Assembly (NCBI GenBank): GCA_963836235.1
Contig: CAWIIP010000002.1
Location: 1,888,001 to 1,952,000 of the forward strand
DNA from: an uncultured Pseudomonadota bacterium
GTDB taxonomy: Bacteria; Oederibacteriota; Muellerivitia; Muellerivitales; Muellerivitaceae
Reading direction: 5' to 3'
DNA length: 64,000 nucleotides
Each line of letters begins with the position of its first letter. Position 1 is the first letter of the stretch. The notes below the pieces were generated by a model. The model did no database searches. It had not been told where the DNA came from and saw only the letters and a list, made by a program, of their open reading frames with translations. This document shows positions 50,495-59,890 of the stretch, piece by piece. Position numbers and translations under genes: made by a program.

Positions 50495-50657
50495 TCTTTT
50501 GCTCCCGCATCCAAACAATTTGCCCCGTGTGGTGGCGGACATGCCAAGCATAGGTACCCAAGGCGCTTGAAAGCTTTGTGGCCTGGTTGTTCCGGGGGTT
50601 GATGTAGGCCCGGGCAAACTCTTCCTCGGTCATGGTCCGCATCAACCGCACCCACTG
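50495..50657 (-). repeat. Diverged copy of the yfiT/DinB gene 3' end (continues at 49429-49436 across the IS)
   Basis: 171 bp, ungapped vs 51738-51908 once the IS is removed; 19 differences by my count, 17 of them synonymous. Confidence 0.95.
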
Positions 50658-50730
50658 CCGACGCGGGTCCTTCAGTGGCTGGGTTGACCAATAACTTGAC
50701 TTATACTTGACTCATAATTAGACTGCTTTT

Positions 50731-51741
50731 ATGGCCTATGAACCGCGTTTTACCATAACTCCCCACCTCCTAAAAACCCTGGAAGATATCGCCGCGTTGC
50801 GGGAGAAAATCCAGGCGGCCACCCTGCAAGTTTCCTGGATTCCGGCCCTTCAAAAGGACACCCGGGCCCGGAATAGCCATAGTTCGACCGCCATCGAGGG
50901 CAACCCCCTCACTCTCGAAGAGGTTCGTCTTTTGGAATCCGGCAAGGAGCTTCCGGCCACGGCCGAACGGTCGAAAAGGGAAATCCTCAATTATTTCGCC
51001 GGGCTGAGGCATATCGAGAAGAACGCGAAGAAAAAAACCATCAGTCACGAAGATTTGTTCACGCTTCACAAGCTTTTGGCCTCCCAAGTGATGGATCAAG
51101 GCGAAGCCGGAAAGTACAGGTCCATTCAGGTGCGGGTGGGGAACCACGTTCCACCTCCCCCCGCGCAGGTGAGCGGGCTCATGAGGGAATTATTGGAGTG
51201 GTGGAACAAGCACTCAAAATCCTGGCCACCGGTTATGACATCGGGGATCATCCATTACCGTTTTGAGGCTATCCATCCCTTCGCGGACGGCAACGGACGC
51301 ATGGGAAGGATGCTGGCCCTTTGGGAACTTTTTCGCAGGGGGTTTGACACCCACCACATTTTCTCGGTGGATGAGGTCTTCTGGGAAAAGAGACCCCTCT
51401 ATTACAGGAACCTGGATTTAGTGCGGACCCAAGGCGAGGATTTGACCGGATGGCTGGAATATACCGCCGAGGCTGTTCAACTCACGCTCGAAAGGGCTTG
51501 GGACAGGGTTCAAGCGCTCAAAGGCATGAAGGGGACCGGCAAGGTAGTCCTTTTGCCCCGGCAAGAAAAGTTCCTTGCCCTTTTGCGGGACCGTGGAAGC
51601 ATGACACCCAGTGAAATATGGAAAGCTTTGGGTGTTTCCCGGCAAGGGGCCATGAATATCCTGAAGCCGCTGTTGGCGGCCGGTTTGATCGAGCGCATCG
51701 GAACCAAGAAGACCGGAAAGTATATTTTAAAAGAAAGCTAA
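50731..51741 (+). CDS. Fic-family protein with C-terminal HTH
   Basis: SSTAIEGN inhibitory motif, HPFADGNGRMGR catalytic motif, C-terminal winged HTH. Confidence 0.93.
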   Translation: MAYEPRFTITPHLLKTLEDIAALREKIQAATLQVSWIPALQKDTRARNSHSSTAIEGNPLTLEEVRLLESGKELPATAERSKREILNYFAGLRHIEKNAKKKTISHEDLFTLHKLLASQVMDQGEAGKYRSIQVRVGNHVPPPPAQVSGLMRELLEWWNKHSKSWPPVMTSGIIHYRFEAIHPFADGNGRMGRMLALWELFRRGFDTHHIFSVDEVFWEKRPLYYRNLDLVRTQGEDLTGWLEYTAEAVQLTLERAWDRVQALKGMKGTGKVVLLPRQEKFLALLRDRGSMTPSEIWKALGVSRQGAMNILKPLLAAGLIERIGTKKTGKYILKES

Positions 51742-52253
51742 ACCTTCTTTTGTTCCCTCATCCAAACAATCTGTCCCGTGTGATGCCGCACATGCCAGGC
51801 GTAGGTGCCTAAGGCGCTTGAAAGCTTTGTAGCCTGATTGTTCCGGGGGTTGATGTAGGCGCGGGCAAACTCTTCTTCCGTCATGGTCCGCATCAACTGC
51901 ACCCACTGCTTGTGAAGGCCCTCCAGTAAGGCCAATGGCCCCTCGATGGGGCCTGTTTTGGATTCCTTCAAATCCACCCATTTGTTCCGGTCATAGGCCT
52001 TGGTGATGGGCTGGTCTTCGGTTAAGGCCAGCTTGAAGTTGATATAGCCGTTCGTGTGGCTGTCCGCCAAGTGGTGGACGATCTGGCAGATGGTCCAATT
52101 CTTATACTTCGTGTCCAGCTGGGCGTCCGATAGGCCCGCCAGGGCATCCCGCAGGGTCTTGGGGGTTTTCTCGATGATGTCGATTAAGTCTTTGAGGGGA
52201 GGGTTTTCCTCTTCTTTAGGGTGAGGACCGACAGGGTAATCTGGGGCTTCCAT
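51738..52253 (-). CDS. YfiT/DinB-family putative metal-dependent hydrolase / thiol transferase
   Basis: DYPVG, WTICQIVHHLADSH, FKLALTED.P, YAWHVRHHTGQI. Confidence 0.9.
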   Translation of the reverse strand: MEAPDYPVGPHPKEEENPPLKDLIDIIEKTPKTLRDALAGLSDAQLDTKYKNWTICQIVHHLADSHTNGYINFKLALTEDQPITKAYDRNKWVDLKESKTGPIEGPLALLEGLHKQWVQLMRTMTEEEFARAYINPRNNQATKLSSALGTYAWHVRHHTGQIVWMREQKKV

Positions 52254-52518
52254 GGCTTCTCCTTATTTCTGAGTTGATGGTGAAACTTTATACGGGTTTG
52301 AGCCAAAAATCATCTGTCGGACTTAACACATTTAAATACTGTCCGCCTAGTATTTCGGCAAAAAGAAAAAAGGGCGGGCCGTTCTTACGCGTAAAGAAGG
52401 TTTATCCTTCCTTTTCGCCTAAATAAGACTTATTGTTGAGTCAGACCTATTCGATACGAGCTTCCTCGATTTTCACGAGTTTTCTCGCCCATCGGTAGTT
52501 CCCAAAGGAAGTTCCAAA

Positions 52519-52818
52519 ATGATAAGTTCCAAATTGGTTTGCCAAAGCTGTGCCGTACCGATCCGAAAGGATTCTGAAAAGGGAACCGAAAAAGCGGGCG
52601 GACATTCGGAGACCTATTGCCGTCGCTGTTACCAGTTGGGTTCCTTTACCGAGCCCAAAATGACCGCGGCTATCATGCGTGAGAAGGTGCTGGTGAAGAT
52701 GGTCGAAATGCACTTTCCCCGGTTCTTAGCCGTGCAGTTAGCGGACCATGTTTATACCCTTAAACGATGGGAAACCCCCAAGGTCACGGCACCATCCGAG
52801 GCTCAGCTGGCCCTCTAA
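52519..52818 (+). CDS. Zinc-ribbon domain protein
   Basis: CQSCAVP...GTE...S.TYCRRCY..GSFT.P...LKRW. Confidence 0.85.
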   Translation: MISSKLVCQSCAVPIRKDSEKGTEKAGGHSETYCRRCYQLGSFTEPKMTAAIMREKVLVKMVEMHFPRFLAVQLADHVYTLKRWETPKVTAPSEAQLAL

Positions 52819-52851
52819 GGGGCTACTGTCGGGCCCCCATTCGCCATAATC

Positions 52852-53006
52852 CCCGCTTACCGGACATTTCTCCGTCGGATACCGGACATTTGCCAGACAT
52901 AACTCCCACTTACCGGACATTTCCCCGCTGGATACAGGACATTTGCCGGATATCGCCCCCGCTTACCGGACATTTTCTCACCGGATACCAGACAATTGCC
53001 GGACAT
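52852..53006. repeat. Three tandem 53-bp units with CCGGACAT sub-repeats
   Basis: CTTACCGGACATTT at 52856, 52909 and 52962. Confidence 0.9.
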
Positions 53007-53249
53007 GGACACGAGGACAGTCTTATGGGAGAACCCTTAAATTCCCTTATTTTTCAGTGCCAGCGGCTGGCATCTCCACCCCCTAAATTTTTGGCCTAAA
53101 AATCTGGGTACTTCGCGATTCCCATTCTTTGGGTTCCTTGAGTATTTTGAGTGGGATAATGAAGGCCCGGGCAGGGCTCTATTGGCGCGATGGAGGGCGT
53201 TTGAATCAATTGATGGTCGAATATTAGACAAGATCAAAAGGGGCGAACC

Positions 53250-53873
53250 ATGACATTTCCCGTTTTTTTATTACCGAGAATCGCCGGTACATTTCTTTTG
53301 ACCTTGATGTTCTTGGGGATAGCCCTTGGGGGCCTGATCTCCCGAAAGCCCCTGGTCTTTTCCCAGAAACTCTATTTTTTCATTTTTGTTCCGATCCTGG
53401 GGGGGCCCTTACTTGCGGTGCTTTTTAATCCCCAAGCCATTTCAAGACTGGGCTCCCAGTTAGGGGTTTTGGGCCTCATATGGATTTTCTGTTTCGTGAT
53501 CCTGATGAAGGTGATGACCGGCTATTCCGTCATGGGAATCACTGAAGAGTCCTTTCGGGCGATCGTGACCGATTCCCTGAAAAAATTAGGCGAGGAGTTC
53601 ACGGAGGACATGAACGGCATCCGTTTAAAAAGAGGGGATGTGCCCCTGCGGACTAATTTTCAATTGGGGACCGGTTATGTCCGGCCCAAAAATAAGGAAG
53701 CGGGGTTGTTCATGAAAACCCTGGGCCCGGTCCTTCGGGAGGAATCGAAAAAAGACGGGGTGGAATATGATCCGAAGATTTTTTTGATGTTCCTGGGATT
53801 CGCCTTGATATTCATGCTCGTTACTTACACGGGGTGGGTGGCTGGTATGGCCGCCCATGTAATTCATCCGTGA
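53250..53873 (+). CDS. Hypothetical membrane protein
   Basis: About 4 TM helices. Confidence 0.7.
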   Translation: MTFPVFLLPRIAGTFLLTLMFLGIALGGLISRKPLVFSQKLYFFIFVPILGGPLLAVLFNPQAISRLGSQLGVLGLIWIFCFVILMKVMTGYSVMGITEESFRAIVTDSLKKLGEEFTEDMNGIRLKRGDVPLRTNFQLGTGYVRPKNKEAGLFMKTLGPVLREESKKDGVEYDPKIFLMFLGFALIFMLVTYTGWVAGMAAHVIHP

Positions 53874-55045
53874 CATCCTTCCGGGCCTATCCGGGTCGGG
53901 GTAAGTTGCTTACCCTTTTGCTTATGGGTTTATTTCTATTGCCCTTAGGAGCCAGCTCCTTTGGAGACGACGAAATTCCCCCTCCTCCGGCCGTGGCTCC
54001 GACCCCCTGGCCCACCTCTACACCAGCGCCCGAACCTTCGCCCACCCCGCCGTACCCTGGTATCGAAAGGGATGTTTTCTTCGTCAACCCCGATGCTGGC
54101 GTAACGCTGGCGGGCACACTGGTTTTGCCGGAAGGCAAAGGTCCCTTTCCCGCGGCTATTTATGCTTGCGGCGGAGGGCCGGGGGCCCGGGATCATTTTA
54201 TGTTTTTGTTCGCGGAAACCTTGGCCCGCAGGGGGATCGCCATCCTGATTTTTGACAAAAGGGGAGTGGGCAAATCCACAGGTGACTTTAATTCGTCCCA
54301 CACACCGGATTTCAAGCAGGACGCGATAGCGGGCTTTCGATTCCTCAAAAGTCAGCCGGAGATCAATCCCGACAAAGTGGGAATGATCGGGCACAGCGAG
54401 GGGGGGATGATCGCCGAAATGGGGGCCGCCGAGAACCCCGACATGGCCTTCATTGTCCTCATGGCGGCGCCAGGGGTAAGAGAAGACCAACGGCGGGCGC
54501 TTCAAGGGGTCCAGGAAAGTAAAGCCTATGTCGTGGACGCGAAGGTGCTCAAGGCTGTCCAGGAGATCCTGGGGGAGGGCCTTTCCAGGCTGGAAAGGGA
54601 ACAGGACCCGGAGTCCGCCCGAAAATTGATTCACGAAATACTGACCAAGGGTTACGCCGAGTTAAATGAAAAGGAAAAGGCTCAGTTGAGGGAGGTTTTG
54701 GAAGTGGATAACGCCACCATCGAGAACAAGGCCGCCTCCCCCTTGTTCCGAAAGTTCCTGCTTTGGGATCCCATCCCCTATCTGAAAAAGATCCGATGCC
54801 CGGTTTTGGCCCTGAACGGTGACAAGGATATCGCCGTGGTTTACCCACAGAACCTGAACGCCATCGGGGAAGCGTTGAAGGAAGCCGGAAACCGGGACTA
54901 TACCCTGAAGATGTTCCGGGGCATCAATCACATTTTCCTGCACTGCACCACGGGTACTCCGGACGAAAATTTGTTTTACCAACCATGCTTCGCCCCGGAG
55001 GTTTTACAGGCCATGGGCGATTGGCTGGTTAAGCATACGAAATGA
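53870..55045 (+). CDS. Secreted alpha/beta-fold hydrolase
   Basis: LAGTL.LP, DKRGVGKS.G, GHSEGG nucleophile elbow, LALNGDKD, NHIF; start uncertain. Confidence 0.9.
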   Translation: MTSFRAYPGRGKLLTLLLMGLFLLPLGASSFGDDEIPPPPAVAPTPWPTSTPAPEPSPTPPYPGIERDVFFVNPDAGVTLAGTLVLPEGKGPFPAAIYACGGGPGARDHFMFLFAETLARRGIAILIFDKRGVGKSTGDFNSSHTPDFKQDAIAGFRFLKSQPEINPDKVGMIGHSEGGMIAEMGAAENPDMAFIVLMAAPGVREDQRRALQGVQESKAYVVDAKVLKAVQEILGEGLSRLEREQDPESARKLIHEILTKGYAELNEKEKAQLREVLEVDNATIENKAASPLFRKFLLWDPIPYLKKIRCPVLALNGDKDIAVVYPQNLNAIGEALKEAGNRDYTLKMFRGINHIFLHCTTGTPDENLFYQPCFAPEVLQAMGDWLVKHTK

Positions 55046-55141
55046 GCTTGTTCACGGCGGGGACCCATTCGACAGGACCTGCCCTGAGTTTATCGAAGGG
55101 CTTATGACAGGCCGGATTGAACAGGAAAAAAAGGAATTTTC

Positions 55142-55567
55142 ATGAAACGTGATATGTCCAAGATCAAATCCATTTCCCGGAACCATAAAGAATTCAGGGA
55201 AAAACTGCTCCATAAGATGTCGGCCTACAACAAAAGCAGGGTAGGCGATGTGGGTTGGAAGACCCTGAACCTGGAAATGGTCGATCAGAACGGGAAATTC
55301 ATGGGTGGCCTGACCGGATCCAGTTATTTGGGATGGTTTTATGTGGACCTTCTCTTCGTGGACGAGAAATTCCGGGGACGGGGCATCGGAAAAAGACTCC
55401 TCCAAGAGGCCGAAGCCTGGGCGAAGAAAAAGGGCTGTCGAAACATCAATTTGAACACCATCACCTTCCAAGCGCCGGGGTTTTACCGGAAGATGGGCTA
55501 CCGGGTTTTTGGCAAACTGTCCTATCCCAAGGGGAATGTCCGGTTCTATTTTAAGAAAAAGCTTTAG
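55142..55567 (+). CDS. GNAT acetyltransferase
   Basis: LFVDEKFRGRGIGKRLL, TFQAPGFYRKMGY. Confidence 0.92.
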   Translation: MKRDMSKIKSISRNHKEFREKLLHKMSAYNKSRVGDVGWKTLNLEMVDQNGKFMGGLTGSSYLGWFYVDLLFVDEKFRGRGIGKRLLQEAEAWAKKKGCRNINLNTITFQAPGFYRKMGYRVFGKLSYPKGNVRFYFKKKL

Positions 55568-55641
55568 GGTATCCACGTCGTGGACCCGTCGTGGACAAGC
55601 TTTGGTACAATGATGCTTATTGATTGTCTTTGAGGCGTGTC

Positions 55642-57813
55642 ATGAAATTTTCGGTCATGGGTTTTATTTCGCTTTTTTTCTTCGCCTCGTTTTTAATCAT
55701 CGGCTGCCCGGGTAAAAATAGCCCCTCTTCGCCATCAACATCCAATAACGGAAACGGAGGGGGCGGTCAGGTTGGAACCCCGCCTTTGGGCGCGGCTTGT
55801 CCCTCCGGGCTTCCCGGCTACCTGGGCCCGATCGGTTTCAAGGCCGGGTCTCTCCCCGCTTATGGCGGCTTCGTGAACCTTATGGCCTATAACGCCATCG
55901 CCGTCGATTCGGTCAACGGGGTTGTTTATGTGGCCGATTATGGAAACCAAGGTGTTTCGGTCCTCGACCGGGTGCAAAAGTTTTCCCTGGCGGGGGTGGT
56001 GGCGCAGGAAATACACCCGGCGGGCGCGGGTACCACCCTGGCAAGCGGGATCTTCGCCTCCATGGCCGTGGACCACACCGGCAATTTGTATATCGCCTAT
56101 AACCCCACCGGCCCGCCGCCTTCCCTGATCCTGAAATACAATTCGGCGGGGAACTTCGTGTCTTCCTGGAACGGGAGTAATTCGGCGGAGGGAACCTTCG
56201 GAAGTCTTGGCGCTTTGGCCTGCGATTCCCAAAACAACCTTTACGTGAGTTCCAACAGTTGGACGATGAAATTTTCTTCCTCCGGGACCCCCCTGGCTTC
56301 CACCACGGCCCTGCCGGGGTTCAGCTCCATGGCGGTGGATTCGCATGATTATCTCTATGGGGCCAATACCCCTGGGGATCAAATTGTGAAATTCAACACC
56401 AGTTTGAGCCAGGTTTCCGCTTGGGGTTCCTATGGCGCGGGCCCTGGCCAGTTTGGCGCTCCCTGGGGCGTGGCCGTGGGCGGCGGGGATCTGGTTTACG
56501 TGGCCGACACCAATAACACCCGGTTCCAGATTTTCCGAAACGATGGAACCTATTGCAGTGAAATGGACGGCATCGATTCTTTCGGCATAGCCGCTGACAG
56601 CGCGAACAATTATTTTTACGACCAATTGGGCAGTGGGGACTATATCAAGTGGTTCGGCGTCACCCTGGCGGTGTCACCCACCCTGACACCCACCATCACT
56701 TTTACGGGAACCTCCACTTTTACAGGTACCCCGACTTGGACCCCGACGGTCACCGGTACCCCCACCTTTTCCGGCACCCCGACTTCGTCCCCGACCATCA
56801 CGAATACCTTCACCCCCACCTCGACTTCCACCATCACCAACACACCGACCAATTCACCAACCTCCACATCCACCTCCAGCCCCACCAATTCACCCACCAG
56901 CACACCCACTTCCACTCCCACGGTTACCTTCACTTCTACTTTCACGTCAACCCCCACTGTCAGTTACTTACGTCAATGGGGAAACCAGGGATCGGGCAAC
57001 AGCCAGTTTAATTTTCCCTCAGGCATAGCGCTGGATGGAGCGGGAAACCTGTATGTGGCGGATAATTTGAATAACCGGATTCAAAAATTCACGACGATTG
57101 GGGGGTACGTGACCCAATGGGGAAACAGCGCGCCGACTACCGGTGGAGGGAATGGACAATTTAATTCACCCTATGGTGTGGCGGTGGATTCTTTGGGCAA
57201 CGTGTACGTGGTGGACACAGGTAACAACCGCATCCAGTATTTTGACCCGAGTGGTAATTATCTTGGACAATGGGGAACCACCGGCAGCGGCCCAGGCCAG
57301 TTTAGTACGCCCTATGGCGTGGCAGTGAACTCCTCGGGGATTGTGTATGTGGGGGACAACAATGATCGTATCCAGGAATTTACTACCATTGGGGGGTACA
57401 TAACCCAATGGGGAACATACGGCAGCGGCACCAGCCAGTTTAATACCCCCGAGGGTTTGGCTTTGGATTCGTCCGGGAATGTTTATGTAGTGGATTATGG
57501 CAACGATCGAATCGAGAAGTTCACCAGTACCGGGGGATTCCTAACGACGTGGGGATCGCAAGGCGGCGGTTTAGGGCATTTCAATTCCCCCTACGGCATC
57601 GGGATAGATGCTTTGGGAACCGTGTATGTGGCGGACGGGAACAACGACTTCATCCAGATGTTTACGTCCAGTGGCTTATACCTCACTGAATGGGGCTATT
57701 ATGGAACCGGAAACGGGAATTTGAGTGTACCCTATGGAGTGGCCATTGATGCCTTGGGAAATATTTATGTTAGTGATTCCGGCAACAACCGTATTGAGGT
57801 TTTTTCACCCTGA
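55642..57813 (+). CDS. Lipoprotein with two NHL beta-propellers joined by a Thr/Pro stalk
   Basis: Lipobox IIGC; repeated F..P.GVAVDS.GNVYV.D..NNRIQ.F; TPT-rich linker. Confidence 0.88.
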   Translation: MKFSVMGFISLFFFASFLIIGCPGKNSPSSPSTSNNGNGGGGQVGTPPLGAACPSGLPGYLGPIGFKAGSLPAYGGFVNLMAYNAIAVDSVNGVVYVADYGNQGVSVLDRVQKFSLAGVVAQEIHPAGAGTTLASGIFASMAVDHTGNLYIAYNPTGPPPSLILKYNSAGNFVSSWNGSNSAEGTFGSLGALACDSQNNLYVSSNSWTMKFSSSGTPLASTTALPGFSSMAVDSHDYLYGANTPGDQIVKFNTSLSQVSAWGSYGAGPGQFGAPWGVAVGGGDLVYVADTNNTRFQIFRNDGTYCSEMDGIDSFGIAADSANNYFYDQLGSGDYIKWFGVTLAVSPTLTPTITFTGTSTFTGTPTWTPTVTGTPTFSGTPTSSPTITNTFTPTSTSTITNTPTNSPTSTSTSSPTNSPTSTPTSTPTVTFTSTFTSTPTVSYLRQWGNQGSGNSQFNFPSGIALDGAGNLYVADNLNNRIQKFTTIGGYVTQWGNSAPTTGGGNGQFNSPYGVAVDSLGNVYVVDTGNNRIQYFDPSGNYLGQWGTTGSGPGQFSTPYGVAVNSSGIVYVGDNNDRIQEFTTIGGYITQWGTYGSGTSQFNTPEGLALDSSGNVYVVDYGNDRIEKFTSTGGFLTTWGSQGGGLGHFNSPYGIGIDALGTVYVADGNNDFIQMFTSSGLYLTEWGYYGTGNGNLSVPYGVAIDALGNIYVSDSGNNRIEVFSP

Positions 57814-57945
57814 ACCGAAGCCCGTCAGCCTTGATTCAGCCTTAATCTTTAGGGATTCAAAAAAAATAAAGAAGTTGTCCACGACGGAACCCTTCGTGGA
57901 CAACTAAATCCAGAAAAAGTTAAAACTTTGAAAAGAAGCTAAACG

Positions 57946-58527
57946 ATGAAGAAAATTCTCACAAAAGACACGTGGAAGTTGATTTTGGCCCTCGGGTTTT
58001 TGCTTGGCCCCCGCTTTTTTCTCTTCGCCGAGGCCTCCCTAGTTTCAGAGGACCTGAAACTTGCCGATAAAGCCTTCCAGGCCAAGGATTACGCCTTGTG
58101 CATGAAATGGAATTTGAAGGCCGTCGCTGAAAACAATGCCGTGGCCCAAAGGCATGTCGGTTATTTATACGCCAATGGGCTGGGGGTCGAACAGGATTAC
58201 CTCGAAGCCCTGAAGTGGTATCAAATGGCCGCGGGCCAAGGGGACGCCAAAGCGGAATGCAACCTCGGCGCGATGTATGAACAAGGGAACGGCGTTACTA
58301 AAAATTACCATGAGGCCCTTATGTGGTACCAAAAATCCGCGTCTCAAGGGAATGATTTGGCCCAACTCGACCTCGGTTGTTTTTATGAGCACGGTTATGG
58401 AGTGGCGCGGGATGACGCGGAAGCCTTGAAGTGGTACGAAAAATCAGCTGGGCAAGGGAACGATCTGGCTAAAAAATTAACCGCCGAGCTCAAGGCGAAA
58501 ATGACGTATGAAAAAGGGAAGCCGTGA
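57946..58527 (+). CDS. Sel1-like repeat protein
   Basis: LG.MY..G.GV..DY.EA..WY..AA.QG three times. Confidence 0.9.
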   Translation: MKKILTKDTWKLILALGFLLGPRFFLFAEASLVSEDLKLADKAFQAKDYALCMKWNLKAVAENNAVAQRHVGYLYANGLGVEQDYLEALKWYQMAAGQGDAKAECNLGAMYEQGNGVTKNYHEALMWYQKSASQGNDLAQLDLGCFYEHGYGVARDDAEALKWYEKSAGQGNDLAKKLTAELKAKMTYEKGKP

Positions 58528-58584
58528 AAAGAATTCGCCGGCTTGTTGTATTTACCCAGACTTTTATTTTAGGGACACCTATTT

Positions 58585-59451
58585 TTGAATAAGGGATTGG
58601 AAATAAAAAAATTAATTTTGTTCTTGTCTTTGATGATCTATTCGCCTCTTTTCACTTTTGCCCAAGAGCCGATCAAAAACCCATTCATCGCGGTGTTCGT
58701 CGATGATGCCACCGAAAAGGAACTGGGGCCCTTTCCCTACGACCGGTCGAAATATGCCGAAGTTATTTCCATCCTGCGGGAGGCAAAGGCCAAGGCCGTG
58801 GTCTTAAAATATTTCCTGGATCGAGCAAAGCCGGGTGCCGGGGACGATGAACTTTCCGCGGAAATCAAAAAGATACCGGTTTTGTTACAAGCGCGATTGG
58901 ATCCGGGCGAACCACAGCCTCATCCATTGCCGGTACGCTTCGGATTGGGCTCACGAGTAAAAGGCGATACCCACGCGCTTCTTTACGCCAAAAGCGGTTG
59001 GATACCTTTGGAAAAATTCAGCCTAGGTTGCGCTGGTATTGGGTTTGTGGACATTGCTTCAAAGAATGATGTCCTCAATATTCCAATGGTCCTAAAATAC
59101 AAGGACACTTTAGTGCCCTCTTTGGAACTGGCCGCGCTGGAACTGGCTTTCGGCGAGCCCGCTCAAATCCTCCTGGGTGATAAAGTGATCATGGCGGGTC
59201 ACAGCCTGCCGGTCGATCCCTCGGGCCAGGTACGCGCGAAACTGCCGGCAAAAGACCAGATAGATTCCATTTCCTTTGTTGATGTTATCCAGGGGAACTT
59301 CGATAGAAAGCGGGTCGCGGGAAAGATTGTTATATTGGGTTTCGACGCCAAAGAAACCCCGGTGTTGGCCACGTCTTTGGGCCCCCTTCGCATCCATCGT
59401 CTTTTTTATTATTCACTAAAGAGCCTCAACGAACAATTTGAGGCGCATTGA
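58585..59451 (+). CDS. Stand-alone CHASE2-domain protein
   Basis: VFVDDAT..LGPFPYDR..YA.VI..L..A.AK; D.EL; GKIVILG; H near the C-terminus. Confidence 0.75.
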   Translation: MNKGLEIKKLILFLSLMIYSPLFTFAQEPIKNPFIAVFVDDATEKELGPFPYDRSKYAEVISILREAKAKAVVLKYFLDRAKPGAGDDELSAEIKKIPVLLQARLDPGEPQPHPLPVRFGLGSRVKGDTHALLYAKSGWIPLEKFSLGCAGIGFVDIASKNDVLNIPMVLKYKDTLVPSLELAALELAFGEPAQILLGDKVIMAGHSLPVDPSGQVRAKLPAKDQIDSISFVDVIQGNFDRKRVAGKIVILGFDAKETPVLATSLGPLRIHRLFYYSLKSLNEQFEAH

Positions 59452-59485
59452 GCCGGAACTTGTCTAGGACGAGGAGCTATTTACG

Positions 59486-59848
59486 ATGAAAACTTTCATG
59501 AAAATCTATTTCTGGCCTTATCTTTTCGTGAATTTGGTGGGGGCCTATATGTCCCTTGAAATCGGCTTCGCGGATTTGGAACTGGTTTGGTCCACCGTGA
59601 TCAACCTGTTTTCCCTCCTGGCCGTTTTCTTTTACGCTTTTGAAATCAAGCTATGGCCGCCGATCTTCTGGCAGGTTTGTTTCATCCTGTTCATCGCCGA
59701 TATGGTTTACAACCTCCTTTTCCCCAGCTCGGTTTTCGCCGTTACCTCGCCCCTGCTTTATACCCTTTGTTACCTATTCGGGATGGGCTTGGGGCTTCCG
59801 GCGATGATTTCAGTGTATCTTTACGCCTTTAAAAACCAATCCTCTTGA
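59486..59848 (+). CDS. Small 4-TM membrane protein
   Basis: GAGGAG RBS; hydrophobic throughout. Confidence 0.7.
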   Translation: MKTFMKIYFWPYLFVNLVGAYMSLEIGFADLELVWSTVINLFSLLAVFFYAFEIKLWPPIFWQVCFILFIADMVYNLLFPSSVFAVTSPLLYTLCYLFGMGLGLPAMISVYLYAFKNQSS

Positions 59849-59890
59849 AACCTTTTGGCCCCACTGGTCTTATACACCTCTGAGGTATAT

